Part shown: one piece after another, positions 18,752 to 29,150 of the stretch | How the letters are laid out: each line of letters opens with the position of its first letter | How positions within the stretch are numbered: the first letter of the stretch is position 1 | Assembly (NCBI GenBank): GCA_038065455.1 | Contig: JBBTQX010000003.1 | Span: 24,253 to 88,252 of the forward strand | Length of the DNA stretch: 64,000 nt | Origin: Patescibacteria group bacterium | GTDB lineage: Bacteria; Patescibacteriota; Minisyncoccia; UBA6257; GWB1-50-10 | Reading direction: 5' to 3' | The notes under the pieces: model-generated | Told to the model about the DNA's origin: nothing | The model's input: only the letters and a program-made list of their open reading frames with translations | Database searches by the model: none | Made by a program: the position numbers and the translations under genes

Positions 18752-19708
18752 ATGAATGAGGAAATTAGAGGGAAAAAGGTCTGTGTTATCGGGGGCGCCG
18801 GTTTTTTGGGCAGTCATCTCGTGGATCATCTCGTGGACGAAAAGAACTGCGAAGTGCTGGTCTTGGACAATCTCATCTCGGGACTCAAAAAATATATCAA
18901 CAAAAAGGCGGAGTTCGCCTGGTATGACATCCGCGACGACGAACACGAGCTTATCGGAATTTTGAAAAGCCATCAAATCGAGTACGTTTTCAATTATGCC
19001 GCGGAACCCTACATCCCGGAGGGTTTCGAACGGCCGAAGCATTTCTTCATCATCAATGCGCTCGCCGTCCTCAATGTCTTGAATGCCTGCCAAAAAGCCG
19101 GCGTGAAAAAAGTTTTACAGGTAAGTTCCGCCGAGATCTACGGCGATATGAAGGGTAAAATCAAGGAAAGTGATATGGTGGTCGCCCACTCCACCTACGG
19201 TGTTTCAAAAATGGCGGCGGACGGCCTGGTGCAGGTGCGCTGGCGCGAAGCCCAAGTGCCGGGGATCGCAATGCGCCAATTCAATTGCGTGGGCGAACGG
19301 GAAACGCACGAATACGTGATTCCCGAAATAATCAGCCAACTGGCCCAGGGCCCCATAGTCCATTTGGGCAACAACAGCTTCCGCGACTTCCAATACGCCG
19401 GCGACGCCGTCCGAATGGCCGTGGAACTCCTTGAAAAAGGCGAACCCGGCGAAGTTTACAATATGGGCTCGGAAGAAGGCATTCAAATATACGACTTGGC
19501 GCATTTGATAGGAAAACTGATGGGCCACGAAAAAATCGAGATTGTAACCGAACAAAAAAGAGTGAGACCGTGGGAAATTTGGCATCTTCAATCGGACAAC
19601 ACAAAACTTTATTCCATTATTTCCTACCGCCCGAAAGTGAAGCTTGAACAGGCACTCGAAAAGACCATTAAATATTTCCGCGAAAACGGAAAGAAATGGG
19701 ATTTCTAA
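18752..19708 (+). CDS. NAD-dependent epimerase/dehydratase (extended SDR).
   Basis: KVCVIGGAGFLGSHLVDHL Rossmann motif. YxxxK region present. Confidence 0.7.
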   Translation: MNEEIRGKKVCVIGGAGFLGSHLVDHLVDEKNCEVLVLDNLISGLKKYINKKAEFAWYDIRDDEHELIGILKSHQIEYVFNYAAEPYIPEGFERPKHFFIINALAVLNVLNACQKAGVKKVLQVSSAEIYGDMKGKIKESDMVVAHSTYGVSKMAADGLVQVRWREAQVPGIAMRQFNCVGERETHEYVIPEIISQLAQGPIVHLGNNSFRDFQYAGDAVRMAVELLEKGEPGEVYNMGSEEGIQIYDLAHLIGKLMGHEKIEIVTEQKRVRPWEIWHLQSDNTKLYSIISYRPKVKLEQALEKTIKYFRENGKKWDF

Positions 19709-19715
19709 CCGTTCA

Positions 19716-20897
19716 CTAACCGAGCCAATTCTCTTTTTCAAAAAAATCCATCCAACGATCGGTAAATTTGTCCACCGAGTATTCTTTTACCGTGCCGGCG
19801 GCCTGAACGCCCATCTGCCCGATTAAAGCCATATTTTTGGCACAATAGAGCAATTTTTCGGCGAGCGCTTCGCTATTATAAGGCGGAATAATAAAGCCAT
19901 TCACTCCCTCTTCGATAATGTCAGGACCCCCGCTGTGCGTCGTCGCAATGACCGGCAAACCATGGCTCATCGCTTCGAACATCACTTGGCCGAAGCCGTC
20001 ATCCAGCGTGGGAAATACGAAAACCGAAGATTTTTGATAGTATTCCCCCAAAAGATGGTGACGCACCGCGCCGGCATATTCAAATATGCCATCGTATTTT
20101 CCTAAGAATTTTTTTATTTCCGGGTCAACCGGCCCGACGACCGTAAGTCTGACGTTGTCTCCGCTCTCTTTCTTTATTTTTTTTATCGCCTCCAAAAGAT
20201 AAAGCGCGCCCTTCATTATCGAAAGAGAACCGACATATAAGACTTCCAGCGGACCATTTTTATTCTTCTCCGATATTCCGGCGCCGGAAATTACAAGATC
20301 CTCCGCCGCGCTCAGGGGGAAGTGAATGATTTTTTCTTCGGGAACGCCGCGCTCCGCGTAGGTTTTGGCGGCAAATGACGAGGGGGTGAAGAGCACATCG
20401 CATAATTCGTATTCCTCGAGCTCTCTTTTTATCTTGTTCGGGCTGTTCAGGGATCGAGAGGTTATGCCAAGCTTTCGATATTCTCTTTCTCTTTCTTCCT
20501 TCTGGAACTCTATATGCGAAGAACCGCGATACATCACGGTCTTTGCTCCCATCCGTTTGGCCGCCTCCATCGTCTTCAAGGCGCACATGGAACGGGTGAT
20601 GACAATATCGCTGCTCCCGATATGTTTTGAAGCCCAGGCGTCAAAGAAAACCTGCTCATAATAAGAAAAATCTTTAATGAGCCTCCGGGCCACGATGTCA
20701 AATATCCGGGCGAGGAAGAAAAGTCTTACCTTTTCTTTGGGGATTTTTTCCGCGTCTTTTCGCCGCCATTCCAAAAAAGGCATCTTCGGACTGTAAAAAT
20801 CGGTCAGAACCCGGTAAAGCAAACCGCGCTTTTCGAAACCCTCGGCCCATCGAAAAAGGTCAAATTTCCCGTAAGTGGAGATGGTTATTTTTTTCAT
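19716..20897 (-). CDS. Family 4 glycosyltransferase.
   Basis: GT-B C-terminal motif HSGGPDIIEEGVNGF. Confidence 0.7.
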   Translation of the reverse strand: MKKITISTYGKFDLFRWAEGFEKRGLLYRVLTDFYSPKMPFLEWRRKDAEKIPKEKVRLFFLARIFDIVARRLIKDFSYYEQVFFDAWASKHIGSSDIVITRSMCALKTMEAAKRMGAKTVMYRGSSHIEFQKEEREREYRKLGITSRSLNSPNKIKRELEEYELCDVLFTPSSFAAKTYAERGVPEEKIIHFPLSAAEDLVISGAGISEKNKNGPLEVLYVGSLSIMKGALYLLEAIKKIKKESGDNVRLTVVGPVDPEIKKFLGKYDGIFEYAGAVRHHLLGEYYQKSSVFVFPTLDDGFGQVMFEAMSHGLPVIATTHSGGPDIIEEGVNGFIIPPYNSEALAEKLLYCAKNMALIGQMGVQAAGTVKEYSVDKFTDRWMDFFEKENWLG

Positions 20898-21965
20898 TTA
20901 TTTATTCGAAAGCCCCAAAAGCTTCGCGATCGCTTCCGACGCCATTTGATGACCTTTTTCGTTGATGTGCCCGTCTTTCGGGAAATACAGATCTTTCCCT
21001 GCAATGACCGTCGGCGTCAGATCAACGAAAGGAATACCGTTATTCTTGAGGATAGAACCCATTTTTTCGCCTATTTGCCTTTCAAGTAAGTTAAACCGGA
21101 TGTTTCTGGACGGGATAAGAATGGCAGCGACAGTTTTGCCCGGCAAGAGCTCCTTTGTCTTCTTGATGATTTCATTAAAAATGGCGAACTTATCGCTGTA
21201 GTCGTCGACGGTCTTCACCAAACCGAGTCGGCTCAAAAATCCGTAGAGATATTCCTTGGCGAGAGTTTTTGTGAGAGAAAGGGTTTTGAGGTCGAAGAGC
21301 CACTTGGTCATATTATAAACCGTCTGATTTTTGACGCGATAGTCGGCCTTAGGCGCCGCGGCTTCGGCGGCGCTCTCCTCCGGAACACTGCTTAACACAA
21401 GAGAGTTATTTCCCAAGCTGAATATGGGTTTGGGACCGGAATTGGAGCCGACATTGATCTCATTAATATCATTCAGGAAATAAAAACCAAAAACTACGAT
21501 ATCGGGATTATATTTTATGCCCTCCATTTTGAGGGCGATATAATACTGCCCCGCGTCGTATCCGGGAACGCCAAAATTCAAAACCTCCGCGCCGGTATTC
21601 TTTTGGAGCAGTTTGCCAAAAGTATTTTCTATGGCGATGCCCTGGCCGAAGGTGTGGGAATCGCCTAAGATTACGATCCTTTTCTTCGCGGGATCTTTGG
21701 CATATGAATGCTCCTCGTCATCCCTAAATCCCTTGCCGTTTGTCTTGTATTCGACATCATACTCAACGGTTTTTTGCCGACAGGATTCGTTGGGCACCAA
21801 TCGCCAGCCGATCGTCGAATCATGCGCATAGAGCTTGTCGGCGCAATCATAAAAATTCACGGCTTGCTCACGGGACTGCTCAAGATGGTCCCACATCCGT
21901 AATCCAATCTCCGAGACCGCGAGACCCACCGCCAGACCCAATAAAATAAGAATTACTTTTCGCAT
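20898..21965 (-). CDS. Membrane-anchored SGNH/GDSL hydrolase.
   Basis: N-terminal TM helix. ILGDSHTFGQG block I. Confidence 0.5.
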   Translation of the reverse strand: MRKVILILLGLAVGLAVSEIGLRMWDHLEQSREQAVNFYDCADKLYAHDSTIGWRLVPNESCRQKTVEYDVEYKTNGKGFRDDEEHSYAKDPAKKRIVILGDSHTFGQGIAIENTFGKLLQKNTGAEVLNFGVPGYDAGQYYIALKMEGIKYNPDIVVFGFYFLNDINEINVGSNSGPKPIFSLGNNSLVLSSVPEESAAEAAAPKADYRVKNQTVYNMTKWLFDLKTLSLTKTLAKEYLYGFLSRLGLVKTVDDYSDKFAIFNEIIKKTKELLPGKTVAAILIPSRNIRFNLLERQIGEKMGSILKNNGIPFVDLTPTVIAGKDLYFPKDGHINEKGHQMASEAIAKLLGLSNK

Positions 21966-23285
21966 TTAAATATTGCCGTTTAATTCAATGACATATATCT
22001 GCCGAGAACCTTCGTGGACGGAATCGATGCAAATCTGGGTGCCATCGCGGTTAAAACGAGGATGGAGATCCGCCCTCAAATTACTCAAATCCCAATCGTC
22101 CTTCGTTCCATATTTTTCGTCCGGCAGGGAATAGAATTTTCCGACCTCCGTCAATTTTCCCGATTCGGGAACGAATATTTGAAGAACCCGCCAATGCTCC
22201 CTTTCCGGATAAGTATCCGTCATGAGCCGTTTTCCGTCCGGCGAAAAAGAACAGTGGCCGTCTTCTTTAAGAATCCCCCGCCCGATTGCCTCCGGTTTTA
22301 CGGCAAAATCTTTCGGTTCGCCGTTCAAATTGAAAAGCAAAAAGGCATCGCCGCTGATCTTCTGCCTCAACGCCGGCGAAGACTTGAAGATTTTATGGTA
22401 AATCGGCACAAGCAACTTGCGGGCGAATCCGGTTTTGCCGACCGAGGCGGACGTTCCGGCCGGCCGCGCCCAAATCAAAAGTTCGTCATTGTTTTTCCAA
22501 GCGAAGTGCGATGCCATGCCGCTGTCCAAGAGAATCTTCGGTTTCATGGTTCCGAGGTCCGCAACATAAAGCCGGCTGTGCATTCCTCCGTTCTTCGTCT
22601 GCCATCGGTGGAGAAAGGCGAATCTCGTGCCGTCGAAATTGAGGGTCGGCTGGTCCGCCCAATGTTTTCCTTCATTCATAGAATCGACGAAGTATTCTTT
22701 GCAAAGCTGGGCCAGGGAAATTTTCAAGGCCGCCGTTCCATTTTCCAAATCAACCGAATAAATTCCGTCGCTTTCCAGCTTTCCTTCCGCAAGAGAATAG
22801 TCCTCGACGCCTTTGTAACCATAGCCCTCCCGTACGGCATCCAGCCGGGAGAAATTCATAGAAACGGCGTATTTTCCGCCGAGATGAACGTCATAAACCG
22901 GGAACGGAATGACTTTCTCTTCTTTGCCAGAAAGAACGTTCAATATCACCGAAACGAATTTTCCGTCCCGAAAATCATTGAATATTACGCGAGTGTTGAA
23001 ATCCGGTCCAAGCCACTGAAGCCGGCACCCCTGCTGCCAGTTCCAGGCGCGGGTTTCGGCTATTTTACTGAATACCCGATTACCCTCAAGGTCTATGATT
23101 CCGATATCCGCTTTGTCTTTTCCGTTCGGTAATCTTTCCAAAAAATCCGTTTCGAGCGCCAATAAAAATCTTCCATCCTTACTCCAGGGGCATTTATCGT
23201 AGTAACCGAAAAAATGGTGCTTGCATTCGGTATTGAAACTTATCCGGACTGCTTCGTCCAAAAAATATTTATTTTCTTCTTTCAT
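21966..23285 (-). CDS. Beta-propeller protein, TolB/oligogalacturonate-lyase-like. Function unknown.
   Basis: Repeated SPDG/FxxDG-type blades (FSPDGKRL, HPRFNRDGTQI). No signal peptide is obvious. Confidence 0.3.
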   Translation of the reverse strand: MKEENKYFLDEAVRISFNTECKHHFFGYYDKCPWSKDGRFLLALETDFLERLPNGKDKADIGIIDLEGNRVFSKIAETRAWNWQQGCRLQWLGPDFNTRVIFNDFRDGKFVSVILNVLSGKEEKVIPFPVYDVHLGGKYAVSMNFSRLDAVREGYGYKGVEDYSLAEGKLESDGIYSVDLENGTAALKISLAQLCKEYFVDSMNEGKHWADQPTLNFDGTRFAFLHRWQTKNGGMHSRLYVADLGTMKPKILLDSGMASHFAWKNNDELLIWARPAGTSASVGKTGFARKLLVPIYHKIFKSSPALRQKISGDAFLLFNLNGEPKDFAVKPEAIGRGILKEDGHCSFSPDGKRLMTDTYPEREHWRVLQIFVPESGKLTEVGKFYSLPDEKYGTKDDWDLSNLRADLHPRFNRDGTQICIDSVHEGSRQIYVIELNGNI

Positions 23286-24474
23286 ATGGTACTTGGGAAT
23301 TTAAAGATTGGAGCGCTTCAATAATCCCGTCTGCATCTTTTTTATAGCTCCAATTTTTGACCGTCCGCAAAGAATTTTCTTTGAACATCTTAAGAAGCGC
23401 GCGGTCCGAAACGAGCTTTTCCATGTGGCCCGAGAGCGCATTCACATCTCCGAATTTGTATATAAAGCCGCAGCCGCCATCCTTAATAAGGTCGGGGGCG
23501 GTGCCGACTCTATCCGAAACAATAAACGCCATTCCGAAGTTCATCGCCTCGTTCACCTGCTTGGGCGACGGGTCAAACTCCGACGGCAGAAGAAGGATAT
23601 CCGAAACGGCGCAGAAAAGCGGAATTTCGGACTGATTCCTGAAACCGAAAAAATAGAAGTTCTCGAGATTATTCTCGCGAACGCCGTCTTCAAGCGCCTT
23701 TCTATCCTCCCCGTCGCCCACGAAGAGAACATTGAATTCAACCTTCCCCTTCAAGAGCACGCAAGCTTTCAGAATATCGAAGACTTTTTTTCTCTTCATA
23801 ATCTTGCCGATAAAAACGAGTGTTGGCACTTTGATATTCTTGATGCCCAGAGACTTCTTTATTTCGTCTCTCTTAGGCTCTAACTCTCCAGCTTTCTTTC
23901 CCCAAAAATCATTATCCACGGCACATGGGAAGAAAAAAAGTTTCTCTTCCGGCACATCAAAGTGCCGAAAAAATTCCTTATTGAGCTGATAACTGTATAA
24001 AAAGGTTGGGATAGTCTTGAACAGATTTTTCAAAACCAATGATTTGACCAGATTTTTCAGAGCGCCGTTTTGCTTCCCCATATCCGCTTCGCCCCGCAGT
24101 ATGACTTTCGCGCCGGTATACCATCTCGTGAGATATATGAACCACGAAGTCATTGTGACATAACCCTGGATAAGAACACCGTCGAATTTTTTTTCTTTCA
24201 GCTCCCGGACAATGGACGGATTGATTTGGCCGAAAAAAGACGGGGCGGGCTTGAAACTCCAATTCTTCAAAAGCACATAACGATATCCGTCCAAAAGAGG
24301 AATGTCCCATTTGACCTTCACGCCCAATTCCTTGTCAAAACCGGCTTCGGATATGCCGAAATCCCAGCAGTAATAGACCGTCACATCGAGCCGGGGATCT
24401 TGAGCCAATGCCCGAAAAAGCGGCGCCTGGTATTGGATGGGATGGGAAGCGACTATGGCAAGCCGGTATTTCAT
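23269..24474 (-). CDS. Family 4 glycosyltransferase.
   Basis: MKYRLAIVASHPIQYQAPLFRAL N-terminus typical of a GT4 subgroup. C-terminal GT-B fold. Confidence 0.6.
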   Translation of the reverse strand: MKYRLAIVASHPIQYQAPLFRALAQDPRLDVTVYYCWDFGISEAGFDKELGVKVKWDIPLLDGYRYVLLKNWSFKPAPSFFGQINPSIVRELKEKKFDGVLIQGYVTMTSWFIYLTRWYTGAKVILRGEADMGKQNGALKNLVKSLVLKNLFKTIPTFLYSYQLNKEFFRHFDVPEEKLFFFPCAVDNDFWGKKAGELEPKRDEIKKSLGIKNIKVPTLVFIGKIMKRKKVFDILKACVLLKGKVEFNVLFVGDGEDRKALEDGVRENNLENFYFFGFRNQSEIPLFCAVSDILLLPSEFDPSPKQVNEAMNFGMAFIVSDRVGTAPDLIKDGGCGFIYKFGDVNALSGHMEKLVSDRALLKMFKENSLRTVKNWSYKKDADGIIEALQSLNSQVPYERRK

Positions 24475-25388
24475 TTCTTTCTTAAAATTGACACCAAAAA
24501 CGAGCCCATTCTCAAGTTATGCGCCAAAAATCTGTTCAGCCAATTGGGGAATATCCGGGAAACGGCCGCCTTGATTCTTCCGCCCGGAAGGAGAAGGATA
24601 TCCGTCTTGGGGCCGAAAACTTCGATTTTTTCAACCTCAAAAAGACTTTGAACGGCCTTTCGCCATCCCAAAAAAGCGTAATAGCGGGCAATTGCCCCGT
24701 CCGTATGAACCTGGACGCTTCTATGAAGAGACTTGGTTTTAAAAAGATTGCCCGAAATTATCCCATATAATGTTTCCGTAACATAGTAATTCCACCAGCC
24801 CCGATGATAAACCATAATGACGGCTCGTCCGCCCGGCCGCAAAACTCTGCGAATCTCGCTCAAAATTTTCTCCGTGCTCGAAGAATGGTGGATTACGCCC
24901 CAACTCCAGACGAAATCAAAATTGGCATCGGGAAATTCCAAACGCTCGGCATCCATTTTTTTGATCGTCCCTTTGATGCCGAAAACCTCAAAACGCTTTT
25001 GCGTGCTCTTCACCGCGTAGTCCGTCAAATCGATGCCAGTGAAAGACCGGGCATGGCGCGCCAAAAGCGCGGCATGACTGCCGTTCCCGACGCCGATTTC
25101 CAAAACATCCTTGTCGTTCAACTCGTTAAAATGAACGAGTTCGTCAAAAGGAGTTTTGGCGCGCTTGAGATACTCGGCCGCATTTCCGAAAAAACGGCCG
25201 TCTATCCTTTCGTAGAACTCCCGGCTGAATTCCGGCACGCCCAACTTGTCTTCCCAGTCATAGCGCATTGGATGCCCTTCCCACCAGGAATAATTCGCGG
25301 ACTGCCACTCACCCGCCTCTTCTTTAGAACGGGGCAGTTCCGTCGGAGCGCCGAATCCTTTCGGCAAATCTTTTTTGAATTCGCTCAT
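24471..25388 (-). CDS. Class I SAM-dependent methyltransferase.
   Basis: VLEIGVGNGSHAALLA motif I. Methyltransf_11-like. Confidence 0.6.
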   Translation of the reverse strand: MSEFKKDLPKGFGAPTELPRSKEEAGEWQSANYSWWEGHPMRYDWEDKLGVPEFSREFYERIDGRFFGNAAEYLKRAKTPFDELVHFNELNDKDVLEIGVGNGSHAALLARHARSFTGIDLTDYAVKSTQKRFEVFGIKGTIKKMDAERLEFPDANFDFVWSWGVIHHSSSTEKILSEIRRVLRPGGRAVIMVYHRGWWNYYVTETLYGIISGNLFKTKSLHRSVQVHTDGAIARYYAFLGWRKAVQSLFEVEKIEVFGPKTDILLLPGGRIKAAVSRIFPNWLNRFLAHNLRMGSFLVSILRKK

Positions 25389-25424
25389 AAATTAAATGAT
25401 AAAGCATTTGAATAATTTCTGAAA

Positions 25425-26423
25425 CTATTTCTCCGGATGCGCGGCGTACCAATCGTATGTCATCTTCAATCCTTCCTTGAGCGGAATTTCCGGCTTCCAA
25501 CCGGTCAGAGCCTGCAACTTGCTCACGTCGGCCAGCCGCCTTTTTACGCTTCCGGGCGGACCATTTTTTATATCCAACGATTTCGGACGCCAACCGGTCA
25601 CTTCAAACAGCTTCTCCGCCAATCCCTTCATATCAATCTCTTCAAAATCTCCGATATGGACGGTTTCAATAGGCTGACCGTCGGTCTTCGGGGATTCCAT
25701 CAAAAGCCTCATCGCCCGAACGGCATCCGAAATATAACAGAAAGTTCGCGTATCATCCGCGCCGTAGATAGGGAAAGGGTCAACGTGAGCCGCGATTCGT
25801 TCCGAGAAATCGGGTATTACATGGCCTTTATATCCAGCCCTCGGTCCATAGAAATTATGAGGTCGAACTACCAAGGCCCGGAAGTTGAACATCTTGGCAT
25901 AATGGATGACAAAAAGCTCCCCTATGAGCTTCGTCGAGGCGTAAGACCAGCGCGGATTATAAGGGTCTTCTATCACGAGCGGAACCTTTTCCGGCGTCGG
26001 TATCGGTAAAACGCCGAAAGCATTCAATCCGCCGGCATAAGCTTCATTTGAAGAAGTAAAACAGAATTTGCCTTCGTGATTGAATTTCGCGAACCAATCA
26101 AGCATATAAATCAAAGTCAGAGTGTTGATTCTCAATACTTCATGCGGAATTTCATAAAAATATTTGGTTCCGTTCACCGCCGCGAGGTGGTAGACGTGGT
26201 CGTAGCCGCTTCCCAGCTTTTCATATGAAGCGAGGTCGGTAAGGTCCAAAATCAATAATTTTACTCTCGGGTTTTTTAGGAGTCTCTCAAAATCCTCATC
26301 TATCTTCCCTTTCCGCATGTTATCAACCAAAACTATTTCCGCTTCGGTATTCTCAAGCAGATGATTCGCCAAGTGTAATCCTATGAATCCCGAACCGCCG
26401 GTTATTAAAATTTTCTTTGCCAT
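25425..26423 (-). CDS. NAD-dependent epimerase/dehydratase.
   Basis: KILITGGSGFIGLHLANHL Rossmann motif. Confidence 0.7.
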   Translation of the reverse strand: MAKKILITGGSGFIGLHLANHLLENTEAEIVLVDNMRKGKIDEDFERLLKNPRVKLLILDLTDLASYEKLGSGYDHVYHLAAVNGTKYFYEIPHEVLRINTLTLIYMLDWFAKFNHEGKFCFTSSNEAYAGGLNAFGVLPIPTPEKVPLVIEDPYNPRWSYASTKLIGELFVIHYAKMFNFRALVVRPHNFYGPRAGYKGHVIPDFSERIAAHVDPFPIYGADDTRTFCYISDAVRAMRLLMESPKTDGQPIETVHIGDFEEIDMKGLAEKLFEVTGWRPKSLDIKNGPPGSVKRRLADVSKLQALTGWKPEIPLKEGLKMTYDWYAAHPEK

Positions 26424-26431
26424 AAAATTTC

Positions 26432-27676
26432 TTATATTTCCCGCAAAAGATTCCAGACATCCACGAATTTCTTACCCGGATGATTCTTGGGATTTATTTC
26501 CAAATACCTCTTGTGCGGCGTTGCCAGTATCAAAATGTCGGATTTTGCCAAAGCGACTTTGAGCGAAACGAATTCCGGATTCTTAATATGTTCATCCGTG
26601 CACAGAACATCTTTGCATTCCATCTGAGCAAGCTTTCGAAGTTTGTAAGAAAGGGAAGAACGGGGGTCATCCACCTCCGGCTTGAAGGCCATACCCAGGA
26701 TACCGATGGTCTTGTTCTTGAGTTCGTGCGAATGCTCTTTTTTCAATTCGTCTATAACGTGCTTCGCCAAGCCTTCGTTCACGAGCATTGCCGCGTGGCC
26801 AATCCAAAAATTGTTGTTGGCGAAAGCCGCAAGCTGCATCGTATCCTTGAACAAACAGGGACCCGCCGCGAATCCTGGAGACGGCAAGTCGCGATTCCTG
26901 GGATAATCCCTGTTCATCGCCTCGTGAATCTTGTGGTAATTGAGGCCATGGCCCTGCGCAATCATATAAAACTGGTTTGCCACGGCGAACCGGATATAGC
27001 GCCAGGAATTCGTGAAAAGCTTTCCGAGTTCCGCTTCAATAGGCTCAATGGGTATCAAATCCGCCTGGGTAATATTCCGGAAAAGCGCGGTCACTTCCTT
27101 TATGGTCTCGTCGTCAAAGCCCGAGATGAGCTGGGGCCAGATCTTTAATTCCTCTATCGCGTTTCCCTGCATAATCCGCTCCGGACAAAAAGCGAGCTTT
27201 ACATTCTTCCCTTTCTTCAAGAAATGACTCTGGAGTTTTTCGGTCGTTCCCGGGAAAACCGTGCTTCGAAGAATGATGATCTGCCCATCTCTGAAGTATT
27301 CAATGCTCTTATCAATCAGCCGGATGATGCCGCCAAAATCCGGACTTAGATACTCGTCCACGGGCGTACCCACGATAATGACGATAAATTTAGACTCGCT
27401 GATTGCTTTCGGGTCGTCGGTCGTCGAGAGATTATTTTTTTGGAGAGCCGATTGGAGCGCCTCATCTCCTCCCTTTTCCTTGAATGGGAATTGGCCCGAT
27501 TCAATCTTCTTGAGGGCCTCTTTGTTTATGTCGAGAAGGACTGTTTTTACGCCTGCATCGGCAAAGACCACCCCCAATGGCAGACCAACGTGGCCGGCTC
27601 CGCCAATGATACAAAGGTCGTATTTCATACCGTTTTCCATTGAGATTAATATATTATCTTTTGATGTCTTCGTCAA
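26432..27676 (-). CDS. Nucleotide-sugar dehydrogenase (UDP-glucose/GDP-mannose dehydrogenase family, WecC/UDP-ManNAc dehydrogenase-like).
   Basis: N-terminal LCIIGGAGHVGLPLGV Rossmann motif. Catalytic Cys region GFAAGPCL. 414 aa. Confidence 0.7.
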   Translation of the reverse strand: MTKTSKDNILISMENGMKYDLCIIGGAGHVGLPLGVVFADAGVKTVLLDINKEALKKIESGQFPFKEKGGDEALQSALQKNNLSTTDDPKAISESKFIVIIVGTPVDEYLSPDFGGIIRLIDKSIEYFRDGQIIILRSTVFPGTTEKLQSHFLKKGKNVKLAFCPERIMQGNAIEELKIWPQLISGFDDETIKEVTALFRNITQADLIPIEPIEAELGKLFTNSWRYIRFAVANQFYMIAQGHGLNYHKIHEAMNRDYPRNRDLPSPGFAAGPCLFKDTMQLAAFANNNFWIGHAAMLVNEGLAKHVIDELKKEHSHELKNKTIGILGMAFKPEVDDPRSSLSYKLRKLAQMECKDVLCTDEHIKNPEFVSLKVALAKSDILILATPHKRYLEINPKNHPGKKFVDVWNLLREI

Positions 27677-29150
27677 TTGCGCATTTGTAGACGGCGTAGT
27701 TATAACCCGGCGCGGTATTGCCGAGTTTTATGCCGAGGAATTTCGGCGCCTCTCCGGAAAACTTATCGTCGGAAATATCGCACCCGGAAATTTCTGGAGG
27801 AAAAATCATCCCGCTGTATTTTTGCTGAAAGAAAATGAACGCAGTGTTTTCTTTGGGTTTTTCCGGCCAGGGATACACGTACATCCTGCCGTAGTCCTCG
27901 GACAAGGACCAAAAACTGCCGGTAACGCCGAATTTTAAATTGTCGTTTTTATGCTCCCCGCTCTTTTTTGCGAAAACTTCGCGGACCTGGGCGAAGGTTG
28001 GTTCTTCCTTTAAAAACGACGGAAATAAAATAATCGTTCTTAGGAAAGCGGTGGACACTAGCGCCAAGGTCATAAACACCGCCATTTTCGAAAAGTTTCC
28101 GGCTTCGGAAAAATAACAGAGGAAACCGAGAAAAATTATCGGGGCGAAAATCAAAAGATAAAAGATATGCCCAACCGAATAAATCATGCTCGCGAGCATT
28201 ATGAGAAGACCTACCGCGCATAAAGCAAAAAGCCTCGGCGAAGATATTTGTGGCCGATATTTTTTATAAAAAAACCAGCCGGACACAAGCAACAAAATTA
28301 CCACGAAAGCATAGAACGGAGTTACCGGGGATAGGAAATAATATTGGATGAATTTGGATAAGGTGAACCATTCGGAAAGCTGGGCGGTATAACCGGCACT
28401 GACCGCAAGAGCATTTTTGACCGTGCCCGAAAGCGTTTCCCATATACCGAATGGGCCCAATTTAATTGTGAGGAATAGAGTGAGGATACCGAGAATCAAA
28501 GCGCCAAAAATTCTCCCAAAAAATTCTTTCGGCTTATGTCTCGCCGCGAAGACCGTGCCCAAGACAAGGAGTGCGATGATGCCGCCCACAAGATGAGTGG
28601 CGAGCATAAGCCCCAAAAGTATTCCATATAAGCTCCAATCGTATTTTTTACCGGCATAAAAATAGGCCAGAATGCCCAATACTGCCCACAAACTCCCGAG
28701 AATCTCGGGACGGCCGCTTCCGCCAACCAGACCCGAAGCAAGCGCCAAAAGACCGAGGATAACGGCAAAAACTTTCGACCAGCCTAATTCTCCGTCTTTT
28801 TTCGTCGCTCTGAAAAAAATCCATGCGCTTAGCCAAATAACCAAAATGTTCAAAATCGCGATGGTTAGAAAAATATCCAATGGCGCCGCCCCAGTCATTC
28901 CGTGATTCAAAATAAGCGGAAATAACGGCGGATATATCAAAAATCTTTTCATCCCCGACGGGTCTATCGAATCTATGCTTTGCTCGTCCGAAAACAGAGG
29001 GTTCGTAAGAATTCCTTCGTTGGAAAACTGAAGCGCCGGCACCAGAAAAAATTCCGAATCCCCGCCCGGTACGGGATAGGCATTCTTGGCAAAGACCAGA
29101 AAGAGCGCCGCTATGGCCAGACAAACCAGGACCAAGGCGGCCTTTTTCAT
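27654..29150 (-). CDS. Large polytopic membrane protein, possibly a GT-C-like glycosyltransferase or polymerase. The likely start is the internal Met at 29150, not 29213.
   Basis: At least 12 predicted hydrophobic helices. The MKKAAL start gives an ATGA overlap with the upstream gene. Confidence 0.35.
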   Translation of the reverse strand: MKKAALVLVCLAIAALFLVFAKNAYPVPGGDSEFFLVPALQFSNEGILTNPLFSDEQSIDSIDPSGMKRFLIYPPLFPLILNHGMTGAAPLDIFLTIAILNILVIWLSAWIFFRATKKDGELGWSKVFAVILGLLALASGLVGGSGRPEILGSLWAVLGILAYFYAGKKYDWSLYGILLGLMLATHLVGGIIALLVLGTVFAARHKPKEFFGRIFGALILGILTLFLTIKLGPFGIWETLSGTVKNALAVSAGYTAQLSEWFTLSKFIQYYFLSPVTPFYAFVVILLLVSGWFFYKKYRPQISSPRLFALCAVGLLIMLASMIYSVGHIFYLLIFAPIIFLGFLCYFSEAGNFSKMAVFMTLALVSTAFLRTIILFPSFLKEEPTFAQVREVFAKKSGEHKNDNLKFGVTGSFWSLSEDYGRMYVYPWPEKPKENTAFIFFQQKYSGMIFPPEISGCDISDDKFSGEAPKFLGIKLGNTAPGYNYAVYKCAIDEDIKR